Assembly (NCBI GenBank): GCA_963809895.1
Contig: CAWELD010000003.1
Coordinates: 3,168,001-3,232,000 of the forward strand
Reading direction: 5' to 3'
DNA: 64,000 nucleotides
Origin: an uncultured Gemmatimonadales bacterium
GTDB taxonomy: Bacteria; Gemmatimonadota; Gemmatimonadetes; Longimicrobiales; Gaopeijiaceae
Both the position numbers and the translations under genes were made by a program. The notes under the pieces are model-generated. The model worked only from the letters and a program-made list of their open reading frames with translations, searched no databases and was not told where the DNA came from. The number at the start of each line of letters is the position of its first letter. Position 1 is the first letter of the stretch. Positions 41,617-50,559 of this stretch are shown here, piece after piece.

Positions 41617-43203
41617 ATGACCGACCTGCCCTCCCGCCAGTCCGCTGCCCTCTCCGACCGCGACCGCATCGGGCGGCCCGGCGAGCTCCTCTCGGAGCGG
41701 GTGGCGGGGGGGATGCTCCCGCGCGTCCTCAACACCTTCGACATGGTCGCGATCTTCGTGTCGATCGTGCTGTTCATCACCAACGCGGCGGTCATCCAGA
41801 GCGCGGGCCCCGCGGCCTTCGGCTGGTGGATCATCGGATTCCTGGCCTTCCTGATCCCCGGCGCCATCGTCACCGGTCAGCTGGGCCGCATGTTCCCCGG
41901 CGAGGGCTCCATCTACCTGTGGACCCAGAAGGCGTTCGGCCCGTTCTGGGGATTCTTCGCGGGATTCTGCGCGTGGTGGCCCGGAGTGCTCGTCATGGTC
42001 GCCACCGGCACCGTGGTGCTCAGCTACCTGGGCTACGTGTTTCCGTCGACCATCGGCTCGGCCGGCGTGCAGGCGCAGGGCGCGCTCATCATCGCCTTCA
42101 TCGTGGCCTCGGCGGTGCTGGCCAACCAGCGCTTCCGCCTGACCCAGAACATCGTCAACGTCGTGTTCGTGCTCTACGCGCTGGCCATCGGGCTCGTGGT
42201 CCTGGCCGGCGTGGTGCACGTGGCCGGCGGCGAGCCGGTGGCGACCGACCCCACCCAATGGTCGGCCTGGGCGCCCTCGGCACCCACCGGCCTCAACCTC
42301 GGCAACTGGAGCTTCTTCGGCCTGGTGGTGCTCGCGCTCCTGGGCGTGGAAGTGCCCCTCAACATGGGCGTGGAGATCAAGCACGAGCGCTCCATCACCC
42401 GTTATCTCCTGTGGGGATCGCTGGCCGTGATGGTGGCCTACCTGCTGTGCACCTGGTCCGTGATGGTGACCGTGCCCTCCGCCGGCGGCGAGTCCGCCGA
42501 GGTGACGGCGCTGGCTACCGCCGTGGGCACCACCCTGGGCGCCGCGGCCGGCAAGTTCGTGGCGATCCTCCTGGCCGGCTTCTTCCTGTTCATCACCGTG
42601 GTCTACAACTTCTCGTTCGCCCGCCTGGTGTTCGTCTCCGGACTCGATCAGACGCTCCCCGCGGCCATGGCCAGGGTGAACCGGCACCGGGTGCCCAGCA
42701 ACGCGGTGTGGGCCCAGACGGTGATCGCCTCGCTGTTCGCGCTGGTGGCCTTCATCGCGCTCCCGTCACTGGGCATCGGTGGCGGACGCCCCATCGACAT
42801 CCAGACCCGCACCTACGACGTGCTTCAGGCCGCCGTCACCGTGATCTGGTGCCTCTCCATGGTGGTGCTCTTCGTCGACGTGGTGATCATCATCCGGCGC
42901 TTCCTGCCCCGCTACCAGGAGACCAGGATGGCGCGCCCCGCCGTGTTCTACGCCTGCGCGGCCATCGGCGGCCTGTCCACGCTGATCGCCATGATCGCCA
43001 CTCTGAGCGGCTCCTGGACGCCGCTCATCTCCAACGATTCCGGTACCCTCGCCATGGGCGGCGCCGAGATCGCCTACGGGACCTGGTTCTATCTCGTCGG
43101 GGGGATGGCCGCGCTGTCGCTGCTGGTCGCGGTGGTCGTCTACTGGCTCGGCAACTTCTCGCGCGCGCGCGCGATGCGGGAAGTCGCTCCCGGGCAGGAG
43201 TAG
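41617..43203 (+). CDS. APC family amino acid permease
   Basis: FPGEGSIYLW, GVEVPLNMGVEIK, many TM helices. Confidence 0.88.
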   Translation: MTDLPSRQSAALSDRDRIGRPGELLSERVAGGMLPRVLNTFDMVAIFVSIVLFITNAAVIQSAGPAAFGWWIIGFLAFLIPGAIVTGQLGRMFPGEGSIYLWTQKAFGPFWGFFAGFCAWWPGVLVMVATGTVVLSYLGYVFPSTIGSAGVQAQGALIIAFIVASAVLANQRFRLTQNIVNVVFVLYALAIGLVVLAGVVHVAGGEPVATDPTQWSAWAPSAPTGLNLGNWSFFGLVVLALLGVEVPLNMGVEIKHERSITRYLLWGSLAVMVAYLLCTWSVMVTVPSAGGESAEVTALATAVGTTLGAAAGKFVAILLAGFFLFITVVYNFSFARLVFVSGLDQTLPAAMARVNRHRVPSNAVWAQTVIASLFALVAFIALPSLGIGGGRPIDIQTRTYDVLQAAVTVIWCLSMVVLFVDVVIIIRRFLPRYQETRMARPAVFYACAAIGGLSTLIAMIATLSGSWTPLISNDSGTLAMGGAEIAYGTWFYLVGGMAALSLLVAVVVYWLGNFSRARAMREVAPGQE

Positions 43204-43290
43204 CCGGGGGACTTTCCAGGGCGGACGCCCTCCCCTCGATCCGTCCCGGTCCGTCATGGCTTCGCCCCGCTCCACGGGCGTCTTTCCGTC

Positions 43291-44394
43291 ATGGACACCT
43301 CACAGAAGCGCGCCCCGCCCCGTCGTCCATGCCTGGTCCGCGTGGCCGACCGCGGCGACGTGCTGGAGATCGCGTTCGGCCGGGGATTCACCGAGTCCGA
43401 TGTCGCCACCGTGAAGGCGCTCCCCCAGCGCCGCTGGGACGCCGAGCGGAGCGTCTGGATCGTGCCCAAGGCCGAGGGCGTCGACGAGGCGCTCGAGCGA
43501 AGCTTCGGCGCCCGCATCCGACGCACCCGGGCCGAGCCGCCCGCGAACCCCGAGGGTCCCGAGACCCTCCTGGACCGCACCCGCACCGAGCTCGTCATCC
43601 GGGGCTACGCGAGGCGCACACAGAAGATCTACCTCGGCCACCTGCGCCGCTTCCTGGAGTGGTGCGACCACGACCTCGGCTCCGATCCTCCTCGCCGCAT
43701 GCGTGCCTACCTGCTCCACCTGGTGGAGGACCGGGGCGCCTCGCGGAGCTATCACAACCAGGCCGTCAGCGCCCTGAAGCTCCTGTGCGAAGCGGTGCTC
43801 GGCGAGCCCCGCCTGGCCGAGCGGGTCCCCCGCCCCAAGCCCGAGAAGCGCCTGCCACAGGTCTTGAGCCGCGCCCAGGTGCGTCGCCTCGTGAACCAGA
43901 TCCGCCATCCCAAGCACCGCGCCATCGTTCTCCTGCTCTATTCCGCGGGACTCCGGGTCGGCGAGGTCGTCCGGCTCAAGAAGGAGGACCTGGACACCGA
44001 CCGCGGCCTCCTGCGCGTGCGCCAGGGCAAGGGCAGCAAGGACCGCTACACCCTGCTCTCCACCCGTGCCCTCGAAGCCGTCCGCATCTATCAAGCCGCG
44101 TATCCTTCAGAGGAGCGCTGGCTCTTTCCCGGCGAGCGCAGGGGGCGCCACTACGGCAGCCGCTCCGTGCAGAGGATCGTCCGCGAGGCCGCCCGCAAAG
44201 CCGGCCTCGGCGAGCACGTCACGCCCCACGTGCTCCGTCACTCCTTCGCCACCCACCTACTCGAGGCCGGCACCGACCTCCGCTACATCCAGGAGCTCCT
44301 CGGCCACAAGAGCAGCCGCACCACCGAGATCTACACCCACGTCAGCTCCACCCGCCTGGCGGCCATCCGGAGTCCGCTGGACGAGGAGGGGTGA
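43291..44394 (+). CDS. Tyrosine recombinase, integron-integrase-like but without the I2 insertion; N-terminal HARP-like domain
   Basis: GLRVGE, QGKGSKDR, HVLRHSFATH, LLGH, IYTHV intact; IntI-like N-terminal SAM region (RGYARRTQKIY, SYHNQAVSALK). Confidence 0.92.
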   Translation: MDTSQKRAPPRRPCLVRVADRGDVLEIAFGRGFTESDVATVKALPQRRWDAERSVWIVPKAEGVDEALERSFGARIRRTRAEPPANPEGPETLLDRTRTELVIRGYARRTQKIYLGHLRRFLEWCDHDLGSDPPRRMRAYLLHLVEDRGASRSYHNQAVSALKLLCEAVLGEPRLAERVPRPKPEKRLPQVLSRAQVRRLVNQIRHPKHRAIVLLLYSAGLRVGEVVRLKKEDLDTDRGLLRVRQGKGSKDRYTLLSTRALEAVRIYQAAYPSEERWLFPGERRGRHYGSRSVQRIVREAARKAGLGEHVTPHVLRHSFATHLLEAGTDLRYIQELLGHKSSRTTEIYTHVSSTRLAAIRSPLDEEG

Positions 44395-44484
44395 GCGAAG
44401 GACTCACGGAGTGGCCGCGACCAGCGCATCTCACCCACGCCCGGGTTAGATTGCCACTGATCGCGCACTCGACGGAGGGGCGCC

Positions 44485-44691
44485 ATGGCGGAAGTGACAG
44501 TGTCGACCAGGTACCGGATCGTAATCCCCAAAGCGGTACGGGAGACGCTCGGGGTCGAGATCGGCCAGAAGCTCCAGGCCTTCGCGGGCCCACGTCAGAT
44601 CATCCTCGTCCCCGTGGAGCCCCTACCCGTCATGAGGGGATTCCTGAGCAGGCTCGAGAACGACTTCGACCGCGCACTCGATGAAGGGTGA
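44485..44691 (+). CDS. AbrB/MazE-type antitoxin-like protein (no adjacent toxin)
   Basis: VSTRYRIVIPKAVRETLG; SD GGAGG. Confidence 0.75.
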   Translation: MAEVTVSTRYRIVIPKAVRETLGVEIGQKLQAFAGPRQIILVPVEPLPVMRGFLSRLENDFDRALDEG

Positions 44692-44959
44692 CGGCAGCGC
44701 GGGCCCGCCCCTCAGACGGTGGCAAGTGGCCTGCGTCATCGAGGGCGTAGCACTGATGATCGGGCTCGTGATGCCCGTCACGCCCAGTAAGACCGGATCC
44801 GATTGGAGCATGGCGCAGCTTGTCTTCCCGGAGCCCTCGTACCTCCAGGAGGTGCTCGTCTACTTCGTGCTGACGAACCTTCTGATCGTCGCGTTCGTCG
44901 GAACCCTGTGGCTGTTCGTCCGGCTCGAGCAGCGGCGCCCGAAGGCCTCGGGGGATTAG
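44681..44959 (+). CDS. Small two-TM membrane protein
   Basis: Two hydrophobic segments. Confidence 0.55.
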   Translation: MKGDGSAGPPLRRWQVACVIEGVALMIGLVMPVTPSKTGSDWSMAQLVFPEPSYLQEVLVYFVLTNLLIVAFVGTLWLFVRLEQRRPKASGD

Positions 44960-45137
44960 GGGCCGATCCTCGCCGCCCAACCCACCGAGGCCCAAGCATT
45001 GCGGCTAGGGTGTGCCCGGTGCAATATGAAGTCGGGGGATTCACGAGGCGCAGAGGCCAGGGCCCGAAGAGGACCTAAGGCCCGACCACACCTTCGGAAA
45101 TCTCCGGGCGATGGGCGAACTCGTGCCAGACACACCC

Positions 45138-45163
45138 AACGCCCATAAGGAGTTATGCAAAAT
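45138..45163 (+). other. attI-like primary recombination site
   Basis: CCCATAAGGAG|TTATGC: first GTTA of the array with no upstream attC hairpin; pairs with cassette-1 inverse core GCATAAC. Confidence 0.65.
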
Positions 45164-45465
45164 GCGGTGGTGCGGCCTGGGTCGCTGGCGCCGGACGAAG
45201 CCTTCGGAAAAGGGCGAGCGATCGGGTCGAGTGACCGCCTCCCCAGCCCCTCTTCATGGGTTGGCACCCTTCCCTTTCCCGACCCATTCTAAGCCGGCCA
45301 TGGCTTCGATCCCCGAGCTCCGGCAGGGGCTGGGTTCGGCTACCATCGTCGCCCCGGGGTCCAACTCAGCCTTCGAGAGGCAACGGCTTCCTCCGGCCTA
45401 CGGCTCCTCGCCGGGCTGCGGTACGTGGGCCATCGGTGATCACTCCGCAGCACCTCACGCACTCT
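45153..45465. repeat. ORF-less structured cassette body, copy 1
   Basis: Homologous to 45627-45934 and 50253-50559; nested inverted repeats. Confidence 0.85.
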
Positions 45466-45632
45466 GCATAACAACAAGGCTTCCGGCTCCGCGCCCGCCG
45501 TGCACGGCGCGGCCTCCGCGCAACCGGCCCACGACCAAGTGGAAGACCCTGGCGAAGCCGGCAGCAACTCAGCGTAACCTGCGAGTCGAACGATTGGACG
45601 GGGGCCGGTTCGGAAGCCCCGTCACGTTATGC
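45466..45632 (+). repeat. attC-like site 1 (family A)
   Basis: GCATAAC-aacaa-GGCTTCCG...CGGAAGCC-ccgtcac-GTTATGC. Confidence 0.88.
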
Positions 45633-45934
45633 AAAATGCGTGGTGCGGCCTGGGTCGCTGGCGCCGGACGAAGCCTTCGGAAAAGGGCGAGCAATCGGGT
45701 CAGATGACCGCCTCCCCAGCCCCTCTTCATGGGTGGATGCCCTTCCCTTTCCCGGCCCATTCTAAGCCGGCCATGGCTTCGATTCCCGAGCTCCGGCAAG
45801 GGGCTGAGATCGGCTACCGTCGTCGCCCTGGGGTCCAACTCAGCCCTCGGCGGCCCGGCTTCCTCCGGCCTACACTCCTCGCCAGGCTGCGGTACATGGG
45901 CCATCGATGTCACTCCGCAGCACCCACGCACTCT
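45627..45934. repeat. ORF-less structured cassette body, copy 2
   Basis: Tandem, diverged copy of cassette 1. Confidence 0.85.
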
Positions 45935-46100
45935 GCATAACAACAACGCTTCCGGCTCCGCGCCACGCCTGAACGGCGCGGCCTCCGCGCAACCGGCCCA
46001 CGAGCAGGTGGAAGACCCTGGCGGAGCCGGCAGCAATCAGCGTAACCTGCGAGTCGAACGATTGGACGGGGGCCGGTTCGGAAGCCCCGACACGTTATCG
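45935..46100 (+). repeat. attC-like site 2 (family A)
   Basis: GCATAAC...GCTTCCG...CGGAAGC...GTTATCG. Confidence 0.88.
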
Positions 46101-46173
46101 GGCAGCGCGGAATCGGCGTGTCTGGAAGTACGGTTGTACGATGCTCGGCAACTGAGACGTGCGTGGTGTTCTC

Positions 46174-46380
46174 ATGGCAAACAGCGCGAAATCCCTTCAG
46201 AGAGTCCTGGCGGCCTTGGTGGGGTTGGGCCTTGGTGGTGTGGGGTCTGGCGTGTTGGTCATGCTGTGGGGCATCGCAGGTTGGCCCCTCTTGATTCCAA
46301 TGCTCGTGGGCCTCGCAGCGGGCGCGATGTTCGGGGATTGAGGAATCGGCCTCTTGGCCCGTGCCCTCGCTGGGCTGTAG
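46174..46380 (+). pseudogene. Cassette small membrane protein with internal TGA at 46339
   Basis: Hydrophobic ORF continues in frame after TGA (GIGLLARALAGL*). Confidence 0.5.
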
Positions 46381-46423
46381 TCGACCGGAGTCGGTGGATT
46401 GGGGAATGGTGGGCGGCGCCGCC

Positions 46424-46513
46424 CGATAACAATGCGGGTGGCGCCTGCGCTCGCTACGCTCGCTCCGGGGAACACGGCACGCGATGCGCGCCGCGCCGGA
46501 CCCTTGGAACGTT
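46424..46513 (+). repeat. attC-like site 3 (family C-like), R' split by IS insertion
   Basis: CGATAAC...ggaacGTT| then IS; continues ATGTGC at 48019. Confidence 0.8.
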
Positions 46514-46526
46514 GATATGGAAGGGC

Positions 46527-46756
46527 CTGTCAAGGTATGTAGCGCGAAGTGTGGGGAGCCCGGGGCGGCTTCGACGATGAATCCTGCTGATATTCGATGG
46601 TTGAGCCCGTCAGGGCCCAGAGCATCAGGAGACGGATTCGTCGGGAGCTGGCTGGAGTCTATTCGCGGGGATTGGGCGCTGGGCCGTACCCCGTAACGTT
46701 TTCGGGCGTTCTCCTATCGTGCCCCGAGACTCCCCAATGTTCGCTCGCTGGTTGAA
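46527..46756 (-). ncRNA. Putative bridge/seek RNA-encoding non-coding end of the IS
   Basis: Non-coding region 3' of transposase; contains AACGTTA (target match) and ATATCAG (circle-junction match). Confidence 0.6.
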
Positions 46757-47906
46757 TCAGGCGGCGCGGCTCACCTCCTGAAGCTGAGAGACATCCACGT
46801 CGCGGAGGACGGCCCAGAGGAAGCCGACCATCTCGCGGGCGACGGCCGTGGCGGCCACCGGCCTGGGCTTCTTGGCGGCGAGTCGATGGAAGAGAGTGTA
46901 GAGGCGATGCTGACACTTCCAGGCGTGCTGAATGACGGCGGGATCCTGGCCGCGTTGACGGCGGCGGAGGGACGCGCCGACGGCCGGGCGCTTCCGATAG
47001 TGCCATGCAGCCTGGATCAGGATATGGCGGCACACGTGTGTTGCCGGCCTTGGTGATGGCGCCCAGGCGTCGCCGCTCTCCCGAGGAGTGCTCGCTGGGG
47101 ATGAGGCCGACGTAGGCCATGAGCTGGCGCGGACTCTCGAAGCGGCGAACGTCGCCGAGCTCGGTAGCGAGGACCATGGCGGCCTGGGTCTTGAAGCCGC
47201 GGAAGCAGCGGAGGCGGTCGACCAGGGGCTTGTAGCGCGGCGTGAGGGCGAGGTCCTCGATGCGACGGTCCAGCTCGTCGCGTCGCTGGAGCTTGTACTC
47301 GAGCAGCGCGAGGTACTCCGAGAGCACGATCTGGTCTTCGTCGGCGAAGGTGCCGGGGTCGAGCATGTGGCGGATCCAGTCGAGGTGGCGCACGGTCCAG
47401 TGGGTGCCCTCGCGATAGATGAAGCCTCGGCGGCGCATGAACTTGAGGATATAGTGGCGCGATTTGACGATCTCGCGCTGGAAGGTCTCGCGGCAGCGGA
47501 CCAAGTCGCGCACCCGCTCGTCGGCCTCGGTGGGCACGTGAATGAGGACGAGGCGGTCGTCACGGAAGTCACGAGCGATCTTGATGGCGTCGCGGCGGTC
47601 GGACTTGCGGTGCTCGCCCGGCCGCGCGCGGGATCAGCGAGGGCGCGGCCAGATCGCAGGGCGACGCCCCAGTCGACGAGGGAGCGCTGGAGCACGTAAC
47701 CCGCACCCGAGGCCTCGTAGCAGGCGCGCACGGACGCCCTCGGCTTGGAGCCGCTGGAAGTAGCGGCGGACTTTGCGGAGATCGTAGGGGAGGCGGTCGA
47801 CGCGCATGGGCTCCGGATCACGGTCCCGGAACACGGCCGCAGTGACGGAATCCTTGTGGACGTCGAGGCCGACCCAGAAGATTGGGGCACGATGGGATGA
47901 TGACAT
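46757..47906 (-). pseudogene. IS110 family transposase with several frameshifts
   Basis: VGLDVHKD, CYEASG, RFESPRQLMAYVGLIPSEHSSG, ITKAGN, AVARE spread over three frames. Confidence 0.88.
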
Positions 47907-48071
47907 GGGGCTGGTCTCCTGTCGGTTGCGGCTCGACCGCCGCATGTGGCGCTGGCGTTGCCTCTCACGCGACGCTAATCCACGACATCCGCGGGAGGCC
48001 AGCCCTTCCATCGTGTCTATGTGCAATCGCGGGGACGAGAGGTCGCGCGAAGCGGAGCGTTCGACCTGGCG

Positions 48072-48569
48072 ATGATGACAGGAGATGCCTGGGTGGTCGA
48101 GTTTGACCGTAGGAAGCCGTTCGGAATCACGGTGGCCATGGTGTTCCTCGGCCTCCTTGCCAGTCTCGGGTCGGTTGCCGGCCTCGCCAATCTCCTCACG
48201 TCACTCTTCGGCGAAGGGCCGTTCCTAATGAACGGCGTCATCGTGCCAAGGCACGAGTTTCTCCGTTTCGCTCTTCCATTCATTCTATTCTACCTCAGTC
48301 TGTGCACTCTGGCTGGGGCCGCCGCGTGGTCCATCCATGTTGAGCATCCACGTTCCAGGCCCTTGTTGTTGATCTATGCGGCTTCTCTCGTCTTCACGAG
48401 CCCGTGGTCCCTTGCCCTTGGAGTGCCAGCCGCGGACGTGGCCTCATCAACGCTGTCCGCAGCCTTGGTCACAGGATTGGTCTGGTTCTACTTGTATCGA
48501 AAGAAGGCGGTGGTTCAGTACTACGACGCGATCAGGATCGCCCAGATGGCGCGCCCGGAACGACACTAG
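48072..48569 (+). CDS. Cassette membrane protein, unknown function
   Basis: Four hydrophobic helices; fills cassette 4. Confidence 0.7.
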   Translation: MMTGDAWVVEFDRRKPFGITVAMVFLGLLASLGSVAGLANLLTSLFGEGPFLMNGVIVPRHEFLRFALPFILFYLSLCTLAGAAAWSIHVEHPRSRPLLLIYAASLVFTSPWSLALGVPAADVASSTLSAALVTGLVWFYLYRKKAVVQYYDAIRIAQMARPERH

Positions 48570-48601
48570 CGGTGGCGCCTCAACGCAATTGTGGCGACCG
48601 C

Positions 48602-48761
48602 ACATAACAACAGGGCGTTCCGGCTCCGGCCGCAGGTGCGGCCTCCGCTGCAACCGGCCCACGAACATGAGGAAGACCCTGGCGCAGCCGGCAGCAATCA
48701 GCGTAACCTGCGAGTCGAACGGTTGGAGCGGGGCCGGTTCGGAAGCCCCTTCACGTTAAGC
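48602..48761 (+). repeat. attC-like site 4 (family A)
   Basis: ACATAAC...CGGAAGCC-ccttcac-GTTAAGC. Confidence 0.87.
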
Positions 48762-48777
48762 GAAGTCGCGACAATCC

Positions 48778-50001
48778 CTGGTTGGCGCGCATGTTCACCG
48801 TGAGTGGAGGTATGCTATCCGGACTTGGCGATTCCTGGCCGTAGCGACCGCCTGGGTCACTCCCGCCCTTGGCGCTTGCACGGCCGACGAGGAACCGACC
48901 GAAGACACGGCTCCTGCGGCGCGTCTTGAGGAGACGCTGCGTGTCGGATCGGTAGAGGGAGATCTGTCCTTCGGTACGATCCTGAACGTTGCCCGGGGAC
49001 CGGGAGGCCGGACGTATGTGGTCGAGCCGGTCGGGTCTCGAGTCTCGATCCTAGATTCGGACGGGACACGGGTCGGAACGGTCGGTGGCGCCGGCATGGG
49101 CCCAGGGGAGTTTGCTCGTCCAGGTCGGATGGGATGGGTCGGGGACACTCTCTGGATCTTGGACGGGGCGAACTACCGGTTCTCGCTCTTCTCCCAGGCC
49201 GGCGAGTTCATCGGCGAGGTCAATCCGCAGATCGCCGAGCGGCAAGACCCTTCCGACATACCTCCTCGACCCGTGGGTCTCTTGCCGGGCGGCGTCCTCT
49301 TCGCGAGGACTTCGGTGCCCTCCCATCTGGTGGCGCAGGGTGTCATCGACAGCCTCACGTACTACTCGCTCGATCGGGACGGCGCCATTCTCCGAGAGCT
49401 GCATCGCACGCGGGCTACGCCGCCGCTATGGATTCACAACCCGGACTCGCGGAATCCGATCTCGGGCCGCTTCAAGGCACAGCCTTTCGTCACAGGGGAA
49501 CTTGTCGTGCCCAGCCCCGATGGCGCGTTCGTGACCGCCACGGCGAGTGAGGGTCGGACGGTCGTGACGAAGATCAGCCTCGACCTCGATACGATGTGGA
49601 GTCGCACTCTTCCTGTGAGTCCACCCCCACTCTCGGAAGCCACGATCGACAGTCTCATTGAAGCCGAGTCTGAGAGCTTCGCGCGGTCTCCGGCGGCTGA
49701 GGGCGCCACAGCAGCTCGTATCGCGACGTGGGTACGAGATGCTCTGGTGACTCCGGAGGTCAGGCCCGGATTGGAGGAGATGGTCGTCGGTCACGACGCC
49801 AGCATCTGGATCGCTCATCCGGACACTGCCGGAGCTCGGCAGTGGGTGGTTCTCTCGAGCGACGGGAGGGTCCAAGCGAGAGCAGCCCTGTCGCGAGAGG
49901 TGACGGTCTTCGATGGGTGGGAGAACGGACTGATCGGCGTAGTCCACGACGCTCTCGATGTCCCTCGGATCGTGAGGTACGAGCTACGAGGCGGAGGCTA
50001 G
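48778..50001 (+). CDS. Cassette 6-bladed beta-propeller lipoprotein (start uncertain)
   Basis: Frame open upstream of 49018 with lipobox LGAC; GMGPGEF motif; no canonical in-frame start before the lipobox. Confidence 0.7.
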   Translation: MVGAHVHREWRYAIRTWRFLAVATAWVTPALGACTADEEPTEDTAPAARLEETLRVGSVEGDLSFGTILNVARGPGGRTYVVEPVGSRVSILDSDGTRVGTVGGAGMGPGEFARPGRMGWVGDTLWILDGANYRFSLFSQAGEFIGEVNPQIAERQDPSDIPPRPVGLLPGGVLFARTSVPSHLVAQGVIDSLTYYSLDRDGAILRELHRTRATPPLWIHNPDSRNPISGRFKAQPFVTGELVVPSPDGAFVTATASEGRTVVTKISLDLDTMWSRTLPVSPPPLSEATIDSLIEAESESFARSPAAEGATAARIATWVRDALVTPEVRPGLEEMVVGHDASIWIAHPDTAGARQWVVLSSDGRVQARAALSREVTVFDGWENGLIGVVHDALDVPRIVRYELRGGG

Positions 50002-50094
50002 CGGGGTTCGACGGACCGACCGCTGCTTCCTCCTCCAGAGGTCGGGCGCGTTGGCGCCGAAGGCCGGCGCGATGTGCGTCTCGATTGCGACCTC

Positions 50095-50258
50095 GCTTAA
50101 CTGCGGGCTTCCGGCTCCGCGCCGCTGAACGCGGCGCTCCGTCCCAACTGGCCGCGGCCGTCAGCGGAAGGGTCTGGCGGTCAGGCTGCGGGCGAACGTA
50201 CTCTGGCCACCTGAAGCACTGCTGACGGGGCCAGTTCGGAAGCCCTGACACGTTATGC
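50095..50258 (+). repeat. attC-like site 5 (family A)
   Basis: GCTTAAC...GGCTTCCG...CGGAAGCC...GTTATGC. Confidence 0.87.
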
Positions 50259-50559
50259 CCAATGTGGAGGCGCGTCGTGATCGCGGGCACCGGAGGAAGC
50301 CTTCGATAGGTCGCGAGCGAGAAGGTCAGTTGACCGCCTCCCCAGCCCCTCTTCAGGGGTTGGCACCCTTCCCTTTCCCGACCCCTTGAGCCAGCCATGG
50401 CTTCGATCCTCGAGCTCCGGCTTGGGGCTGGGTTCGGCTACCATCGTCGCCCCGGCGCGCAACCCAGCCTTCGAGAAGCAAGGGCTTCCTCCGGTTTCGG
50501 CTCGTCGCCGGGCTGCGGTACGCGGGCGATCCCGACCACTTCCCAGCGCCTCCCCACAG
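50253..50559. repeat. ORF-less structured cassette body, copy 3
   Basis: More diverged homolog with compensatory substitutions. Confidence 0.85.

Larger units (their letters stand above)
46514..48018 (-). mobile_element. IS110 family, IS1111-type element
   Basis: Sub-terminal IRs ATGGAAGGGC (46517-46526) / GCCCTTCCAT (48002-48011), offset 3 and 7 nt from the ends; no target duplication; removal restores GTTATGTGC. Confidence 0.88.

Noticed and set aside
44445..44451. GTTAGAT after the integrase as attI
   Set aside because: No complementary inverse core or hairpin follows the downstream genes
41607..44684. Very long alternative-frame or antisense ORFs (e.g. 1025 aa here, 12898-15132, 22825-25227)
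   Set aside because: Arg/Pro/Gly-rich shadows of real genes, expected in high-GC DNA
44999..45027. Pc-like promoter TTGCGG-17-CAATAT
   Set aside because: The -10 match is only 3/6; too weak to call without TSS data
45138..45163. Chromosomal dif site
   Set aside because: The spacer between CATAA and TTATG is 4 bp rather than 6, and the right arm belongs to a cassette repeated at 45627
45111..46580. ORFs of 100-280 aa across the repeated cassettes (also 50397-50783)
   Set aside because: They run through attC sites and frames are not preserved between copies, while base pairing is
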